A DNA stretch of 64,000 bases from Alphaproteobacteria bacterium (GTDB lineage Bacteria; Pseudomonadota; Alphaproteobacteria; UBA828), in assembly GCA_965237415.1 (NCBI GenBank), contig CBDEFM010000002.1, positions 3,232,001-3,296,000 of the forward strand. Direction: 5' to 3'. How positions within the stretch are numbered: the stretch's first letter is position 1; the number at the start of each line of letters is the position of its first letter. The notes under the pieces are model-generated. The model did no database searches, was not told the DNA's origin, and saw nothing but the letters and a program-made list of their open reading frames with translations. Position numbers and translations under genes: made by a program. Below are positions 18,515 to 29,059 of this stretch, piece after piece.

Positions 18515-20545
18515 TCAGGCGGCTCCGAGAGGCGCGGTCGCGGCGCGAAGCCAGGCCAGCGTGGCCGCATCGTCCGCGAGCAGGGGCGCAAGGGTCTCCT
18601 CCACGCGCGCATGATAGGCGTCGAGCCAGGCGCACTCGCCCGCCGTCAGCATGGCAGGGTCGATGAGCGCCCGGTCGATGGGGGCGAGCGTGAGCGTCTC
18701 GAAGCCGAGGAAGCCGCTATCGGCCCCATCGGCTTCGGTCACCGCCACCAGATTCTCGATGCGGATGCCGTAAGCGCCGGTCTTGTAGTAGCCGGGCTCG
18801 TTGGAGACGACCATGCCGGGAGCGAGCGCCGCGCCCGAGCCCAGGCGCGAGATGCGCTGCGGGCCTTCGTGCACGTTCAGGTAATGGCCCACGCCGTGCC
18901 CGGTGCCGTGATCGTAGTCGAGGCCTGCTTGCCACAGGAACTGACGGGCGAGCGTGTCCAACTGCGCACCGGTAGTGCCGCGCGGAAAGCGCGCCAGGGC
19001 GAGCGCGATGTGGCCGCGCAGCACGCGGGTGAAGCGGTCCCGATGCTCCGGCTCGGGCGTGCCGATCGCGACCGTCCGGGTCACGTCGGTGGTGCCGTCC
19101 AAGTACTGCCCGCCGGAATCGACGAGGTAGAGCGTGCCCGGCTTCAGCGCGCGGTTCGTCTCCGCCGTCACCCGGTAGTGGACGATGGCACCGTTGGGGC
19201 CGGCGCCCGAAATCGTGTCGAAGCTGGGGCCGCGGAAGCCCTCGCCGCCGGCACGCATCGCCGCCAAACGGGCAACGGCATCCAGCTCGGTGACGGAGCC
19301 GGGCGGGGCGGCCGCGAGCCAGGCCAGGAAGCGGGTCAGCGCCGCACCGTCCCGGCGATGGGCGGCACGGATGCCGGCAAGCTCGACCTCGTTCTTGCAT
19401 GCCTTGGGCAGTGCACAGGGATCGGTGCCGCGAATTACCTGGGCGCCGCCCTCCGTCAGGCGATCCACCATCCAGACCGGCGTCGCCGCCTCATCAATCA
19501 GCACCGCGCTGCCTGCCTCGGCAAGACCATCGAGCACGCCCGCCAGCGCATCCGGCGACTGCACCCGCACCGTATTGCCAAGATGAGCCGGGACTTCGGG
19601 CAGGAGCTTGCGGCGATCCACGAACCAGTCGACATCGCCCTCGCCATGAACGATGGCGAAGGAATGGGGGAGGGGGCTGTTGGCGACGTCGGCGCCCCGC
19701 ACGTTGAGCAGCCAGGCGATCGAATCGGGCGCGCTCAGCACCACGGCGGCGGCACCCTTCTCTGTGAGCCGGGCGGCGATTGTTTGCCGCTTCTCGCCAG
19801 TGTCTGTGCCCGCGAAGCGCACCAGGTGGGGGCCGATGGGGCCGAGCGGCGGCGGCGGCTGGTCGTCCCACACGGCGTCGATGGGGTTGTCCTCGCATGG
19901 GACGAGGCGCGCGCCAACGGCCTGGCACGGCGCCGCCAGCCGGTCGCGGCCGTGCGCGCTGTGCAACCTGGGGTCGTAGCCGAGCGCGGCATCCGCCGAT
20001 AGGTGGCTCCGCAGCCACGCGTCGGCGGGCTCGTGGGTGATGTGGCGATGCTCGTAAAGGGCGCCGTCCACCTGCGCCGCCGCCTGCAGGGTATAGCGCC
20101 CGTCGACGAAGAGTGCCGCCCGCTCGGCCAGCACGATCGCCATGCCGGCCGAGCCCGAGAAGCCGGTGAGCCAGGCCAGGCGCTGCGAACGCCGCGCCAC
20201 GTACTCGCCCTGGTGCTCGTCGCTGAGCGGCACCACGAAGCCGTCGAGCCCCCGCCGCGCGAGCTCGGCCCGGAGCGCCGCAAGGCGGTCCGCTATCTGC
20301 GGGGCGTCGATCCCATCCGGCGCCTCGGCGTGCGCCTGCCGGAGCGCCTCGAGCCGCTCGGCCAGCGCGCCGTTGGTCTCGGCGTCGGGGTGGATCAAGC
20401 GCAGCCAGTGCCGATCCAGTACCGCAGCCGCGGCGACGCCCTGCACCAGTGCCTCGACCTCGTCGATGGGTGTCTCGATTCCGGCGTCGGCCAGCGCTTG
20501 GGCCAGCGCATCGCGCCTTTCGGTCGTCGCGTTTTTCTCCGACAT
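18515..20545 (-). CDS. Aminopeptidase P (M24B) family protein
   Basis: DSGGQYLDGTTDVTRT, HGTGHGVG, VHEGP, SNEPGYY, GIRIEN. Confidence 0.93.
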   Translation of the reverse strand: MSEKNATTERRDALAQALADAGIETPIDEVEALVQGVAAAAVLDRHWLRLIHPDAETNGALAERLEALRQAHAEAPDGIDAPQIADRLAALRAELARRGLDGFVVPLSDEHQGEYVARRSQRLAWLTGFSGSAGMAIVLAERAALFVDGRYTLQAAAQVDGALYEHRHITHEPADAWLRSHLSADAALGYDPRLHSAHGRDRLAAPCQAVGARLVPCEDNPIDAVWDDQPPPPLGPIGPHLVRFAGTDTGEKRQTIAARLTEKGAAAVVLSAPDSIAWLLNVRGADVANSPLPHSFAIVHGEGDVDWFVDRRKLLPEVPAHLGNTVRVQSPDALAGVLDGLAEAGSAVLIDEAATPVWMVDRLTEGGAQVIRGTDPCALPKACKNEVELAGIRAAHRRDGAALTRFLAWLAAAPPGSVTELDAVARLAAMRAGGEGFRGPSFDTISGAGPNGAIVHYRVTAETNRALKPGTLYLVDSGGQYLDGTTDVTRTVAIGTPEPEHRDRFTRVLRGHIALALARFPRGTTGAQLDTLARQFLWQAGLDYDHGTGHGVGHYLNVHEGPQRISRLGSGAALAPGMVVSNEPGYYKTGAYGIRIENLVAVTEADGADSGFLGFETLTLAPIDRALIDPAMLTAGECAWLDAYHARVEETLAPLLADDAATLAWLRAATAPLGAA

Positions 20546-20570
20546 GGCGGCGTTTCTGCCAGTGCGACGC

Positions 20571-21476
20571 TTACGGCGTCAATATCAGCGTGGCCCAGGC
20601 GCCCAGGCGTATACGGTGCCAAAGCCTGAGCCGGACGGCGCGAAAGGCCGCGAGCACGCGTGTTTCCTCCGTCGTCAGAAGGCCTGAGAGGACCACGGCG
20701 CCGCCGGGGCCGAGGTGCCGCGCGAAGGCAGGCGCCATCGCCGCGATGGGTTTCGCCCTGATATTGGCGCAGATCAGATCGGCGTGTCCGAGCCGGACAC
20801 CGCTACGCAGGCGGAAGCCCTCGCCCTGCGTCACCGACACGCGGCGGGAGAGCGCGTTCTGCCGCACCGTCTCGCGCGCGGCAGCCACTGCCGTGGGGTC
20901 GCTATCGAGTGCGAGCACCTGTGCCGGCCAGAGGCGCGCGGCTGCCACGGCGAGGATTCCGGAGCCTGTGCCGATGTCGAATGCGCGGCGCACCCGCCGG
21001 CGGCGAGCCATCCAGTCGAGCGCGAGCAGGCAGCCTTGCGTCGTCTCGTGGCGGCCGGAGCCGAATGCGGGGCCGGCGTCGATGGAGAGCGCGAAGCGCC
21101 CGCGCGGTGGGCCTCGGTGCGCGCCCATAATCGTGAAGCGCCCAACCGAGATGGGCGGAAATGAGGCCAGGGACTTCGCTTCCCAATCGGCCGGGTGCAC
21201 GGGCTCGACGGCCGTGCCGTCGGGCGCCACGCCGGCTGTGCGGAGCAGCGCCAGCAGCCGCGCGGGCCTTGGATCGTCGGCCGCCGGGGCGGTGCCGAAC
21301 AAGGTGACGCGCAACGCGTCCGATAGCGCATCGCGGGCCGGATGCGCCGCCACCATCGTCTCGGCCACCACGGCGTCCGCATGGTCTGCGAGCGCTTCCT
21401 CCAGCGCCTCGAAGCCTGACCGGCTGAGGGTCACCGTGAGCCGCCAGCCTTGCGCCCCGGGGCGATCTCCGCTCAC
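20571..21476 (-). CDS. prmA: Ribosomal protein L11 methyltransferase
   Basis: AFGSGRHETT, DIGTGSGILA, ANI; start uncertain (GTG 21476 chosen). Confidence 0.85.
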   Translation of the reverse strand: MSGDRPGAQGWRLTVTLSRSGFEALEEALADHADAVVAETMVAAHPARDALSDALRVTLFGTAPAADDPRPARLLALLRTAGVAPDGTAVEPVHPADWEAKSLASFPPISVGRFTIMGAHRGPPRGRFALSIDAGPAFGSGRHETTQGCLLALDWMARRRRVRRAFDIGTGSGILAVAAARLWPAQVLALDSDPTAVAAARETVRQNALSRRVSVTQGEGFRLRSGVRLGHADLICANIRAKPIAAMAPAFARHLGPGGAVVLSGLLTTEETRVLAAFRAVRLRLWHRIRLGAWATLILTP

Positions 21477-21544
21477 CGCCGCCCCCGGCGCGGCCAATTC
21501 CCGGCTATGATGGAGGCCGCGGAACGCACGGTCGGAGACCCACA

Positions 21545-22249
21545 ATGCCTGAGATGCCGGACTGGCAGCGCTTCCTGAGCGACGACGACAGGACCACCAT
21601 CGAACGCGGCCGTTGGGCCAGGCGGGTCGGCTTCGGCGCGCACCCGGCCGTCATCCTCATCGACGTGCAGAACTACATGGTGGGGGAGAAAGGCCGCCAC
21701 GACCTCGGCGCCTACCCCTACAGCTGTGCTTCCGGCTGGGCCGCCGTGGAGCAGACCAAGCGCATCGTCGGCGCGGCCCGCGCCGCCCGGACACCGGTGA
21801 TCTATACCCGCTTCGCCATCGACCGCACCGTCGGCGATGCCGGGCTCTTCGACGCCAAGATAGGCGCCGAGGCGGGGGAGAACGTCTATTTCGAAGGCAC
21901 CCACGGCAGCGCGATCGTGGACGCGGTGGCGCCCGAGCCCGGCGATCTGGTCTTCACCAAGAAGAAACCCAGTTCGTTCCACGGCACGCCTCTCCTGCCC
22001 TATCTGATCGACCGCGCCATCGATACGCTGATCGTCACCGGCGGCGCTACCTGCAACTGCGTCCGCGCCACGGTCTTCGACGCCTTCTCGTACAACTATC
22101 GCACCATCGTACCGGCAGCCGCGGTGTTCGACCGTCTGCCCATCTCTCACGAGATCAACCTGTTCGACATGAACCGCTGCTCCGCGGACGTGACAGACAC
22201 CGAGGCCGTGCTCGCCTATTTTGCCGATCTGGCAGCGCGCGCGGCCTAA
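21545..22249 (+). CDS. Isochorismatase-family cysteine hydrolase
   Basis: LIDVQ, KKKPSSF, GATCNCVRAT (D-K-C triad). Confidence 0.9.
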   Translation: MPEMPDWQRFLSDDDRTTIERGRWARRVGFGAHPAVILIDVQNYMVGEKGRHDLGAYPYSCASGWAAVEQTKRIVGAARAARTPVIYTRFAIDRTVGDAGLFDAKIGAEAGENVYFEGTHGSAIVDAVAPEPGDLVFTKKKPSSFHGTPLLPYLIDRAIDTLIVTGGATCNCVRATVFDAFSYNYRTIVPAAAVFDRLPISHEINLFDMNRCSADVTDTEAVLAYFADLAARAA

Positions 22250-22281
22250 ACGCCGCCGGCGGCACCTGCTATAGTGGCTGC

Positions 22282-22377
22282 GGGAGATCGGCGGCGGACG
22301 GCTTTCTCGCTAACCCGGTCAGGTCCGGAAGGAAGCAGCCGTAACGAGTTTCAAGCCGGGTCGTCTGCCGGTCTCCT
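22282..22377 (+). ncRNA. ffs: SRP RNA (4.5S)
   Basis: Core CCGGTCAGGTCCGGAAGGAAGCAGCCG; complementary ends GGAGATCGGC/GCCGGTCTCC; upstream of dnaX. Confidence 0.95.
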
Positions 22378-22436
22378 GCCGCCAACCGGACGCGCCGCCC
22401 GCCGCGCACTGTGGGCCGAAGGACGCCGATGCACCG

Positions 22437-24161
22437 ATGAGCGAGGACGCCGCCGCCTATCGCGTGCTCGCGCGCAAGTACCGGCCGGCGAGCTTCGCCG
22501 GCCTGATCGGCCAAGACCCCCTCGTCCGCACGCTGAGCAACGCGATCGCGATGGATCGCCTGGCTCACGCCTACCTGCTGACGGGTGTGCGCGGGGTGGG
22601 CAAGACCTCGACCGCGCGGATCATCGCGCGTGCCCTCAATTGCATCGGCGAGGACGGAACCGGCGGCCCCACGCCCGACCCCTGCGGTACGTGCGACCAC
22701 TGCGTCTCGATCGCCGAGGACCGCCACGTCGACGTCATCGAGATGGACGCGGCCTCGCGCACCGGCATCGACGACGTGCGCGAGCTGATCGAGAGCGTGC
22801 GCTATCGCCCCGTCTCGGCGCGCTACAAGGTCTACATCATCGACGAAGTGCACATGCTCTCGAAGCAGGCCTTCAACGCGCTGCTCAAGACGCTGGAGGA
22901 GCCGCCGCCCCACGTCAAATTCGTGTTCGCGACGACCGAGGTGCGGCGCCTGCCGGTGACGGTGCTCTCGCGCTGCCAGCGCTTCGACCTGCGCCGGGTC
23001 GATATGGAGGTGCTGATCGAGCATTTCTCTCGGATCGCGGTCGACGAGGGTGCCGAGGTGGAGCCCGCGGCGCTCGCGCTTATCGCCCGCGCCGCCGACG
23101 GCTCGGTGCGGGACGGGCTCTCCGTGCTCGACCAGGCGATGGCCCACGAGGGCACGCGCATCACCGAAGAGGCGGTGCGGGCCATGCTGGGACTCGCGGA
23201 CCGGACCCGGCTCTTCGACCTCTTCGATATGCTGATGAAGGGCGCGATCAAGGACGCGCTGGACTGCTTCTCCGAGCTCCACGATGCGGGTGCGGAGCCC
23301 CAGGCGTTGCTGCAGGACCTGCTGGAGCTCTGCCACTGGCTGACCCGGCTGAAGCATGTGCCCACTGCAGCGGACGACCCAGCGGTGCCCGAGGTGGAAC
23401 GCACGCGCGGGCGCGCCATGGCCGAGGCGTTGACGGTGCCGTCGCTTACTCAGACATGGCAGATGCTGCTGAAGGGGCTTGAGGAGACCAGCCGGGCGGC
23501 GCGTCCGGCGCTTGCGGCCGAGATGACGCTGGTGCGGATCGCCTACGCCGCCGACCTGCCGAGCCCCGCCGATGCGCTCCGCGCCATCGGCGCAAGCGGC
23601 GCGGATGCACGGCCGAAGGGTACGCCCGAGCCATCTACCCCAGCGCCGGCACCACGCGGCGCCGCAAGCGCCGCAGTCGCTACTGCGGCTGAACCAGCTC
23701 CCGCAACAGCGCCGGCGCCCGTGCCCGAACCGACGCCGGCGAGCGCACCAGGGCCGCGCCTGGACTCGCTCGCGGCGATAGCCGCACTGGCCGAGGAGCG
23801 GCGCGAACCGATCCTCAGCGCGTGGCTCAGGACCGAGGTGCGCCCGGTGCGGGTCGGCGCCGGCGCGGTCGAGATCAATTGCGGCCGCTCGCCAGACAGC
23901 AGGATGCTCGACCTGCTGCGGGACAGGCTTCAGGAATGGACGGGCGAGCGCTGGATGATCGCGCTGAGCGAGGGCGGGGGCGAGCCGACCCTCGAGGAGC
24001 AGGATCGAGCCGCGCAGGAAGCGGCCGACAGGGCGGCGATAGACCACCCCCTGGTGCGCCAGGTCCTCGATGCCTTCCCCGGCGCGCGCGTGCGCAAGGT
24101 GCACCGGACGACGACCCCATTGCCGCCGGACGGCGGAAACGACGGAGGCTCTCCCTCATGA
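22437..24161 (+). CDS. dnaX: DNA polymerase III gamma/tau subunit
   Basis: YRVLARKYRP, GVRGVGKT, DEVHML, SRCQRF. Confidence 0.97.
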   Translation: MSEDAAAYRVLARKYRPASFAGLIGQDPLVRTLSNAIAMDRLAHAYLLTGVRGVGKTSTARIIARALNCIGEDGTGGPTPDPCGTCDHCVSIAEDRHVDVIEMDAASRTGIDDVRELIESVRYRPVSARYKVYIIDEVHMLSKQAFNALLKTLEEPPPHVKFVFATTEVRRLPVTVLSRCQRFDLRRVDMEVLIEHFSRIAVDEGAEVEPAALALIARAADGSVRDGLSVLDQAMAHEGTRITEEAVRAMLGLADRTRLFDLFDMLMKGAIKDALDCFSELHDAGAEPQALLQDLLELCHWLTRLKHVPTAADDPAVPEVERTRGRAMAEALTVPSLTQTWQMLLKGLEETSRAARPALAAEMTLVRIAYAADLPSPADALRAIGASGADARPKGTPEPSTPAPAPRGAASAAVATAAEPAPATAPAPVPEPTPASAPGPRLDSLAAIAALAEERREPILSAWLRTEVRPVRVGAGAVEINCGRSPDSRMLDLLRDRLQEWTGERWMIALSEGGGEPTLEEQDRAAQEAADRAAIDHPLVRQVLDAFPGARVRKVHRTTTPLPPDGGNDGGSPS

Positions 24162-24481
24162 AGAACATCGGCAAGATGCTGAAGCAGGCGCAGGCCATGC
24201 AAACCAAGATGGCCGAGCTGCAGGAGAGTCTCGGCACGCTCGAGGTCGAGGGAACCGCCGGTGGCGGCCTGGTGCGGGTGACGCTCACGGGCAAGGGGGA
24301 GATGCGCCGCCTCTCCATCGACCCGGCGCTGGTGAAGGACGACGAGGTGGAGGTACTGGAAGACCTCATCGTCGCCGCCTTCAACGACGGCAAGGCCAGG
24401 GTCGAGCAGCTCGTTCAGGAACGGATGGCCGAGGTCACCGGCGGCCTCAAACTGCCGCCGGGACTCGACCTCGGTCTCTGA
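24158..24481 (+). CDS. ybaB: YbaB/EbfC nucleoid-associated protein
   Basis: [34 protein letters not shown]; ATGA overlap with dnaX. Confidence 0.93.
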   Translation: MKNIGKMLKQAQAMQTKMAELQESLGTLEVEGTAGGGLVRVTLTGKGEMRRLSIDPALVKDDEVEVLEDLIVAAFNDGKARVEQLVQERMAEVTGGLKLPPGLDLGL

Positions 24482-24518
24482 GCGCGCGTCGCGGCCCCTT
24501 CGCGAGCGGCGATTGGCG

Positions 24519-25115
24519 ATGACGAGCCAGGCGATCGAACGGCTGGTCGGACATCTCGGCAAGCTCCCCGGTCTCGGGCCGCGCTCTGCGCGCCGTGCCG
24601 CCCTGCACCTGCTGGAGCGGCGCGAATCGCACCTGGAGCCGCTGCTCGCCGCGCTCCGCACCGCGGCCGAAAGCGTCCGCGCCTGCTCCGTCTGCGGCAA
24701 TCTCGATGCCCAGGACCCTTGCGCGATCTGCGCCGATCCCGAGCGCGACCGCGCGGCCATTTGCGTCGTCGAGCAGGTCGCGGATCTCTGGGCGTTGGAG
24801 CGCACGCTGATGTTCCGCGGTCGCTATCACGTGCTGGGCGGACTGCTCTCCGCGCTGGACGGGATCGGGCCTGAGGACCTCGCCATCGCGGCTCTCGTCG
24901 CGCGTGCCGGCGCGCCGGAAGTCAGCGAGATCATCCTCGCCACCAGCGCGACCGTGGACGGGCAGACCACGGCGCACTATCTGGCCGACCGGCTCGCCGA
25001 GAGCGACGTCGCGATCTCCCGCCTCGCCCACGGTCTGCCGATCGGTGGCGAGCTCGACTATCTCGACGACGGCACGCTGGGCACCGCGCTCAAGGCGCGC
25101 CAGCGGCTTCTCTGA
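24519..25115 (+). CDS. recR: Recombination mediator RecR
   Basis: [12 protein letters not shown]4 zinc finger, Toprim domain, GGELDYLD. Confidence 0.96.
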   Translation: MTSQAIERLVGHLGKLPGLGPRSARRAALHLLERRESHLEPLLAALRTAAESVRACSVCGNLDAQDPCAICADPERDRAAICVVEQVADLWALERTLMFRGRYHVLGGLLSALDGIGPEDLAIAALVARAGAPEVSEIILATSATVDGQTTAHYLADRLAESDVAISRLAHGLPIGGELDYLDDGTLGTALKARQRLL

Positions 25116-25251
25116 GCGGCCGGCAAGGCAGCACCCTGGATTGTACCAAAGCCGCTCTCTATGGTCGGCGCGACTGCCGGCCTGGCGCTAAATCTTGAGT
25201 TAACGGCCGCGGCCGCAGGCGGCACAATCGATACGGGCAGCGGAGCGAACG

Positions 25252-26181
25252 ATGGCGAATGAGGCGAAGAGCGCAGGTCGGTTGGAACGCGTGCTGCGCG
25301 CAGGCGAGTTCGCCATAACGGCGGAGATGGGTCCGCCCGATTCCGTGGACCCGGCCGACGTTCTGGCCCACGCCGGATGCCTCAAGGGGCTCGCCGATGC
25401 CGTCAACGTGCTCGACGGTGCCGGCGCACGCGCCCATCTTTCGCCGCTCGCGACCGCTGCGATCCTGGCCCGCGAAGGCATCGAACCGGTGCTCCAGTTC
25501 ACCATGCGCGACCGCAATCGCCTCGCGCTGCAGGCCGATGTGTTGGGGGCGGCAGCGCTCGGCGTGCACAGTCTGCTCTGCCTAACCGGCGATTCGGTCG
25601 ACGCCGGCGATCAGCCGGAGACGAAGCCGGTGTTCGACCTCAAGTCTAACGAGTTCATGGCGCTGGTCCGTACCATGCGGGACGAGGCGGTGCTCCCCGG
25701 CGGGCGACGCCTCGCCTCCTCACCCAGGCTGCTGATCGGCGGCGCCGATGCCCCGCGCGAGCCGAAAGCCGGCGAGACTCCCGCCAGCCTTCAGGCCAAG
25801 ATCGACGCGGGCGCAGATTTCTTCCAGACCCAGTTCAGCTTCGACATGGCGATGCTGAGGCGCTACCTCGCCTGGCTCGCGGACTTCGGGATTCCCGAGC
25901 GCACATCCATTATCGTCGGCATCGGGCCCATAAGGTCGGCACGCTCGGCGCGCTGGATGAACGAGAACCTCTTCGGGGTCCATATCCCGGACGCCGTCAT
26001 CGCCCGCCTCGGCGGCGCCAAGGACCCGCAAGCCGAGGGAATTCGCATCTGTGTCGAGCTGATCGAGGAGCTGCGCGGCGTCAAGGGGGTCGCTGGCGCG
26101 CACCTGATGGCGCCCCGCGGCGAACGGGCGATCGCAGAGGCCATCGCCCAATCGGGCCTTCGCCGCCCCGGCGGCGCCTGA
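25252..26181 (+). CDS. metF: Methylenetetrahydrofolate reductase
   Basis: ITAEMGPP, RDRNRLALQ, LTGD, KIDAGADFFQTQ. Confidence 0.85.
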   Translation: MANEAKSAGRLERVLRAGEFAITAEMGPPDSVDPADVLAHAGCLKGLADAVNVLDGAGARAHLSPLATAAILAREGIEPVLQFTMRDRNRLALQADVLGAAALGVHSLLCLTGDSVDAGDQPETKPVFDLKSNEFMALVRTMRDEAVLPGGRRLASSPRLLIGGADAPREPKAGETPASLQAKIDAGADFFQTQFSFDMAMLRRYLAWLADFGIPERTSIIVGIGPIRSARSARWMNENLFGVHIPDAVIARLGGAKDPQAEGIRICVELIEELRGVKGVAGAHLMAPRGERAIAEAIAQSGLRRPGGA

Positions 26182-26246
26182 ATGCGCCCGCGCCGTGAGT
26201 AGAATTTCGTGACATTTGTGCCACAGCGGCGGAGAAAATTGCGGCA

Positions 26247-26264
26247 CAGACATGAATTTGTCAT
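26247..26264 (+). promoter_or_regulatory. Candidate Pho box upstream of the porin
   Basis: CAGACAT-gaat-TTGTCAT matches the 7-4-7 CTGTCAT repeat. Confidence 0.4.
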
Positions 26265-26404
26265 TGTCCATCCGAACCTGGGCTGGCGCAGCCGAAGCAT
26301 TTTGAGTAGGGTGCGCCGAGTGTTGGGGCGCTCGGCACCGGCAACAGCAACAGAGTAGGCTGGGGAACCGCATGTCGGGTGCGCGAATCGATCGGGAGGA
26401 TCGC

Positions 26405-27439
26405 ATGAAGAAGTTTCTGCTCGGCACGACGGCTCTGATCGCCGCCGGTGCTTTCGTCGGTGCCGCACAGGCGGCTGACGATGAGATGATGGCCGGGCCG
26501 GTCACGGTCGGAATCGCCGGCTACACGACGTCGGCCATCGGCTTTGCAAGCGACAGTGATGACAGCACGCGCGCCCATGGCATCGACTACGTTTTCGAGT
26601 TCGGCGTTTCCGGTTCCACCACTCTGGATAACGGCATAACGGTGGCCGTCAGTGCGCAGTTGGGTCAGTCCTCCGGCAGCTGGAATGCAGCCAATGGAGG
26701 CAATGGCGACCAGAATCCCGAAGCCGTTTTCGACGAGCAACACATCACGATGAGCGGGTCGTTCGGTTCATTCAGGATCGGGAGGACTGAGAGCGCGGCC
26801 TTCAATAGCACGGTCGCCGCTCCGGGAGCTGGCATCGGCGGAATGCTCGGCGTCAACTATAGCTGGTTCAGCACGGCAGTGGGGACCGTCAACACCTACT
26901 CCGGGATCGGACCAGAAGACGCGATCAAGGTGGTCTACACCACACCTAACTTCAACGGCTTGACGATTGGGATGAGTCACGCGCCCGAAGGCAGCGAACA
27001 GGCTCCCTATGCCGGTCGGAAAACCGACGACGCCGGGCAAAATTCGGGACACACAGCGGTCGGTGCGAACTATTCGACGGATTTCATGGAAGGCGGCTCC
27101 CTCACCCTTGGCGCTGGCTTTGAAACGGCCGAGAGTGAAGACGTCGGGGGCGATGACCCCAGCGCCATGCGTGCCGGGCTCAATATAAGCGTCGACCAGC
27201 TCTCGTTCGGCGGCAGCATGTACGATGCAGATCCAGGCGGCATGCAATTCGATATTGGGGCGTCGTGGACCGAAGGGGCGACAGAGTTGGGCCTCCAGTA
27301 TGGCCGCAATGCTAGTGATACCGGCTCAACGTTTGCCCATTTGACCTACACGCTCGGGCCGGGCGTCCTGGTTGGGGGGCAGATCGCCAGTTCGGAAAAT
27401 GTGACCCAGTTCATGCTTGGCACGGCGATCTTCTTCTAA
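26405..27439 (+). CDS. Outer-membrane porin (alphaproteobacterial)
   Basis: Signal peptide MKKFLLGTTALIAA; LDNGITV, GSFGSFRIG, YTTPNFNG; C-terminal Phe. Confidence 0.88.
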   Translation: MKKFLLGTTALIAAGAFVGAAQAADDEMMAGPVTVGIAGYTTSAIGFASDSDDSTRAHGIDYVFEFGVSGSTTLDNGITVAVSAQLGQSSGSWNAANGGNGDQNPEAVFDEQHITMSGSFGSFRIGRTESAAFNSTVAAPGAGIGGMLGVNYSWFSTAVGTVNTYSGIGPEDAIKVVYTTPNFNGLTIGMSHAPEGSEQAPYAGRKTDDAGQNSGHTAVGANYSTDFMEGGSLTLGAGFETAESEDVGGDDPSAMRAGLNISVDQLSFGGSMYDADPGGMQFDIGASWTEGATELGLQYGRNASDTGSTFAHLTYTLGPGVLVGGQIASSENVTQFMLGTAIFF

Positions 27440-27460
27440 TCGACCATCGCCGCTTGGCGA

Positions 27461-27493
27461 GAAAGGGGAGCACCCACGTGCTCCCCTTTTTCT
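27461..27493 (+). terminator. Rho-independent terminator (possibly bidirectional)
   Basis: AAAGGGGAGCAC-ccac-GTGCTCCCCTTTTT between the convergent porin and phoB. Confidence 0.88.
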
Positions 27494-27606
27494 TGTGTGC
27501 GGAGCGTGAGCGGAGCGTGATCGGTAGCTTTGAGGCGCAAGACCTCCATCGAGTCCGATGGCGGCATCGGGGCGTGGCTGTCAGTGCAGCCTGCGCCCTT
27601 GACGGT

Positions 27607-28299
27607 CTATCCCGCGCTTGAATCGAGGGCGTAGCCGGCCGAGCGGACGGTCCTGATCAGGTCCGGGCGACGGTCGGCGTTGAGCGCCTGCCGCAGCCGG
27701 CGCACGTGCACGTCGACCGTCCGGCTCTCGATGAAGATGTCCGGGCCCCAGACCGAATCGAGGAGCTGCTCGCGCGAGAAGACGCGGCCGGGATGCTCCA
27801 TCAGGTGGCGCAGCAGCCGGAACTCGGTCGGCCCGAGATGGATCGGCGCTTCCCCGCGTGTGACCTTGTGGGCGGCGAGGTCCATCCTGAGGTCGTCATA
27901 ATTCAGTACTTCGTCGCCGAGCGCAGGCCGCATGCGCCTCAAGATCGCGCGGATGCGGGCCAGAAGCTCGGCCGGCGAGAAGGGCTTGACGACATAGTCG
28001 TCGGCGCCGCCGTCGAGGCCGCGCACCCTGTCCGCCTCTTCGCCTCGCGCCGTCAGCATGACTATGGGGAGCGGCTGCGCGTCCGGCTTGCGCCTGATCC
28101 TGCGGCAGACTTCGATGCCGGAAAGCGTCGGCAGCATCCAGTCGAGCACCATCAGGTCGGGGCGCCGCTCCTCGACCATGAGCAGCGCCTCTTCGCCGTC
28201 GACGGCCTCGCCCACCTCGAAGCCGCCTTTCTCCAGGTTGTAGCGGAGCAGCGTGAGCAGCGCCGCCTCATCCTCGACGACCAGAATGTAGGGCTTCAT
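27607..28299 (-). CDS. phoB: Phosphate regulon response regulator
   Basis: LDWMLP, GADDYVVKPFS, GPTEFRLL, RTVDVHVRRLR. Confidence 0.96.
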   Translation of the reverse strand: MKPYILVVEDEAALLTLLRYNLEKGGFEVGEAVDGEEALLMVEERRPDLMVLDWMLPTLSGIEVCRRIRRKPDAQPLPIVMLTARGEEADRVRGLDGGADDYVVKPFSPAELLARIRAILRRMRPALGDEVLNYDDLRMDLAAHKVTRGEAPIHLGPTEFRLLRHLMEHPGRVFSREQLLDSVWGPDIFIESRTVDVHVRRLRQALNADRRPDLIRTVRSAGYALDSSAG

Positions 28300-29024
28300 G
28301 GCGCAGTCGCCTCCGAATCGTCATCTGCCTGGTGGAAGGATGTGACGTCGCCCTTGGGCCGTTCTTCCTGCACCGGGGTGCCGGTCACCACGTAGCTCAC
28401 GGTCTCGGCGATGTTGGTCGCGTGATCGCCGATTCGCTCGATGTTCTTGGCGATGAAGAGCAGGTGCGCGCACGGCGTGATGCGGCGCGGATCCTCCATC
28501 ATGTAAGTGAGCAGCTCGCGGAAGAGGCTGTTGTAGGATTCGTCGACATCCTCGTCCCGCCGCCAGACCGCCATGGCGCGCTCCACATCGCGGTCGCGGA
28601 AGGAATCGAGCACATCCTTGATCATGCCCTGGGCGATGCCCGCCATGCGCGAGATTGCATGGGTCAGGCGGATGGGGTCGATTTCCTGGATGGCGATAGA
28701 GCGCTTGGCGACGTTGGCGGCGTAGTCCCCCATTCGCTCGAGGTCGCTCGCAATCTTGAGCGAGGCGGTGATGACGCGGAGGTCGACCGCCACCGGCTGG
28801 CGCAGTGCCAAGATGCGTACCGCGAGCTGGTCGATCTCGGCCTCCAGCGCGTCCACACGGCGATCGTCGGTGATGACGCGCGAGGCGAGTTCGTCGTCGC
28901 GGCGGGCCAGCGAGGCGATCGAAGCGGCGAGCTGCTGCTCGACGATGCCACCCATCTCCAGGATCGCGTTGTTCATGCGATCCAGCTCCTCGTCATAGGC
29001 CTTGACCGTGTGCTCGGCAGCCAT
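28296..29024 (-). CDS. phoU: Phosphate signalling protein PhoU
   Basis: RQPVAVDLR, DLERMGD, KNIERIGDHATNIAE. Confidence 0.96.
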   Translation of the reverse strand: MAAEHTVKAYDEELDRMNNAILEMGGIVEQQLAASIASLARRDDELASRVITDDRRVDALEAEIDQLAVRILALRQPVAVDLRVITASLKIASDLERMGDYAANVAKRSIAIQEIDPIRLTHAISRMAGIAQGMIKDVLDSFRDRDVERAMAVWRRDEDVDESYNSLFRELLTYMMEDPRRITPCAHLLFIAKNIERIGDHATNIAETVSYVVTGTPVQEERPKGDVTSFHQADDDSEATAP

Positions 29025-29059
29025 CGGTCGCTCTCCTTATCCTCCGCCCGCGCCCTTGT

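Noticed and set aside
23600-23760. Pro/Ala-rich segment of dnaX as an insertion or frameshift signal
   Set aside because: Ordinary low-complexity tau linker; no A-rich slippery site seen.
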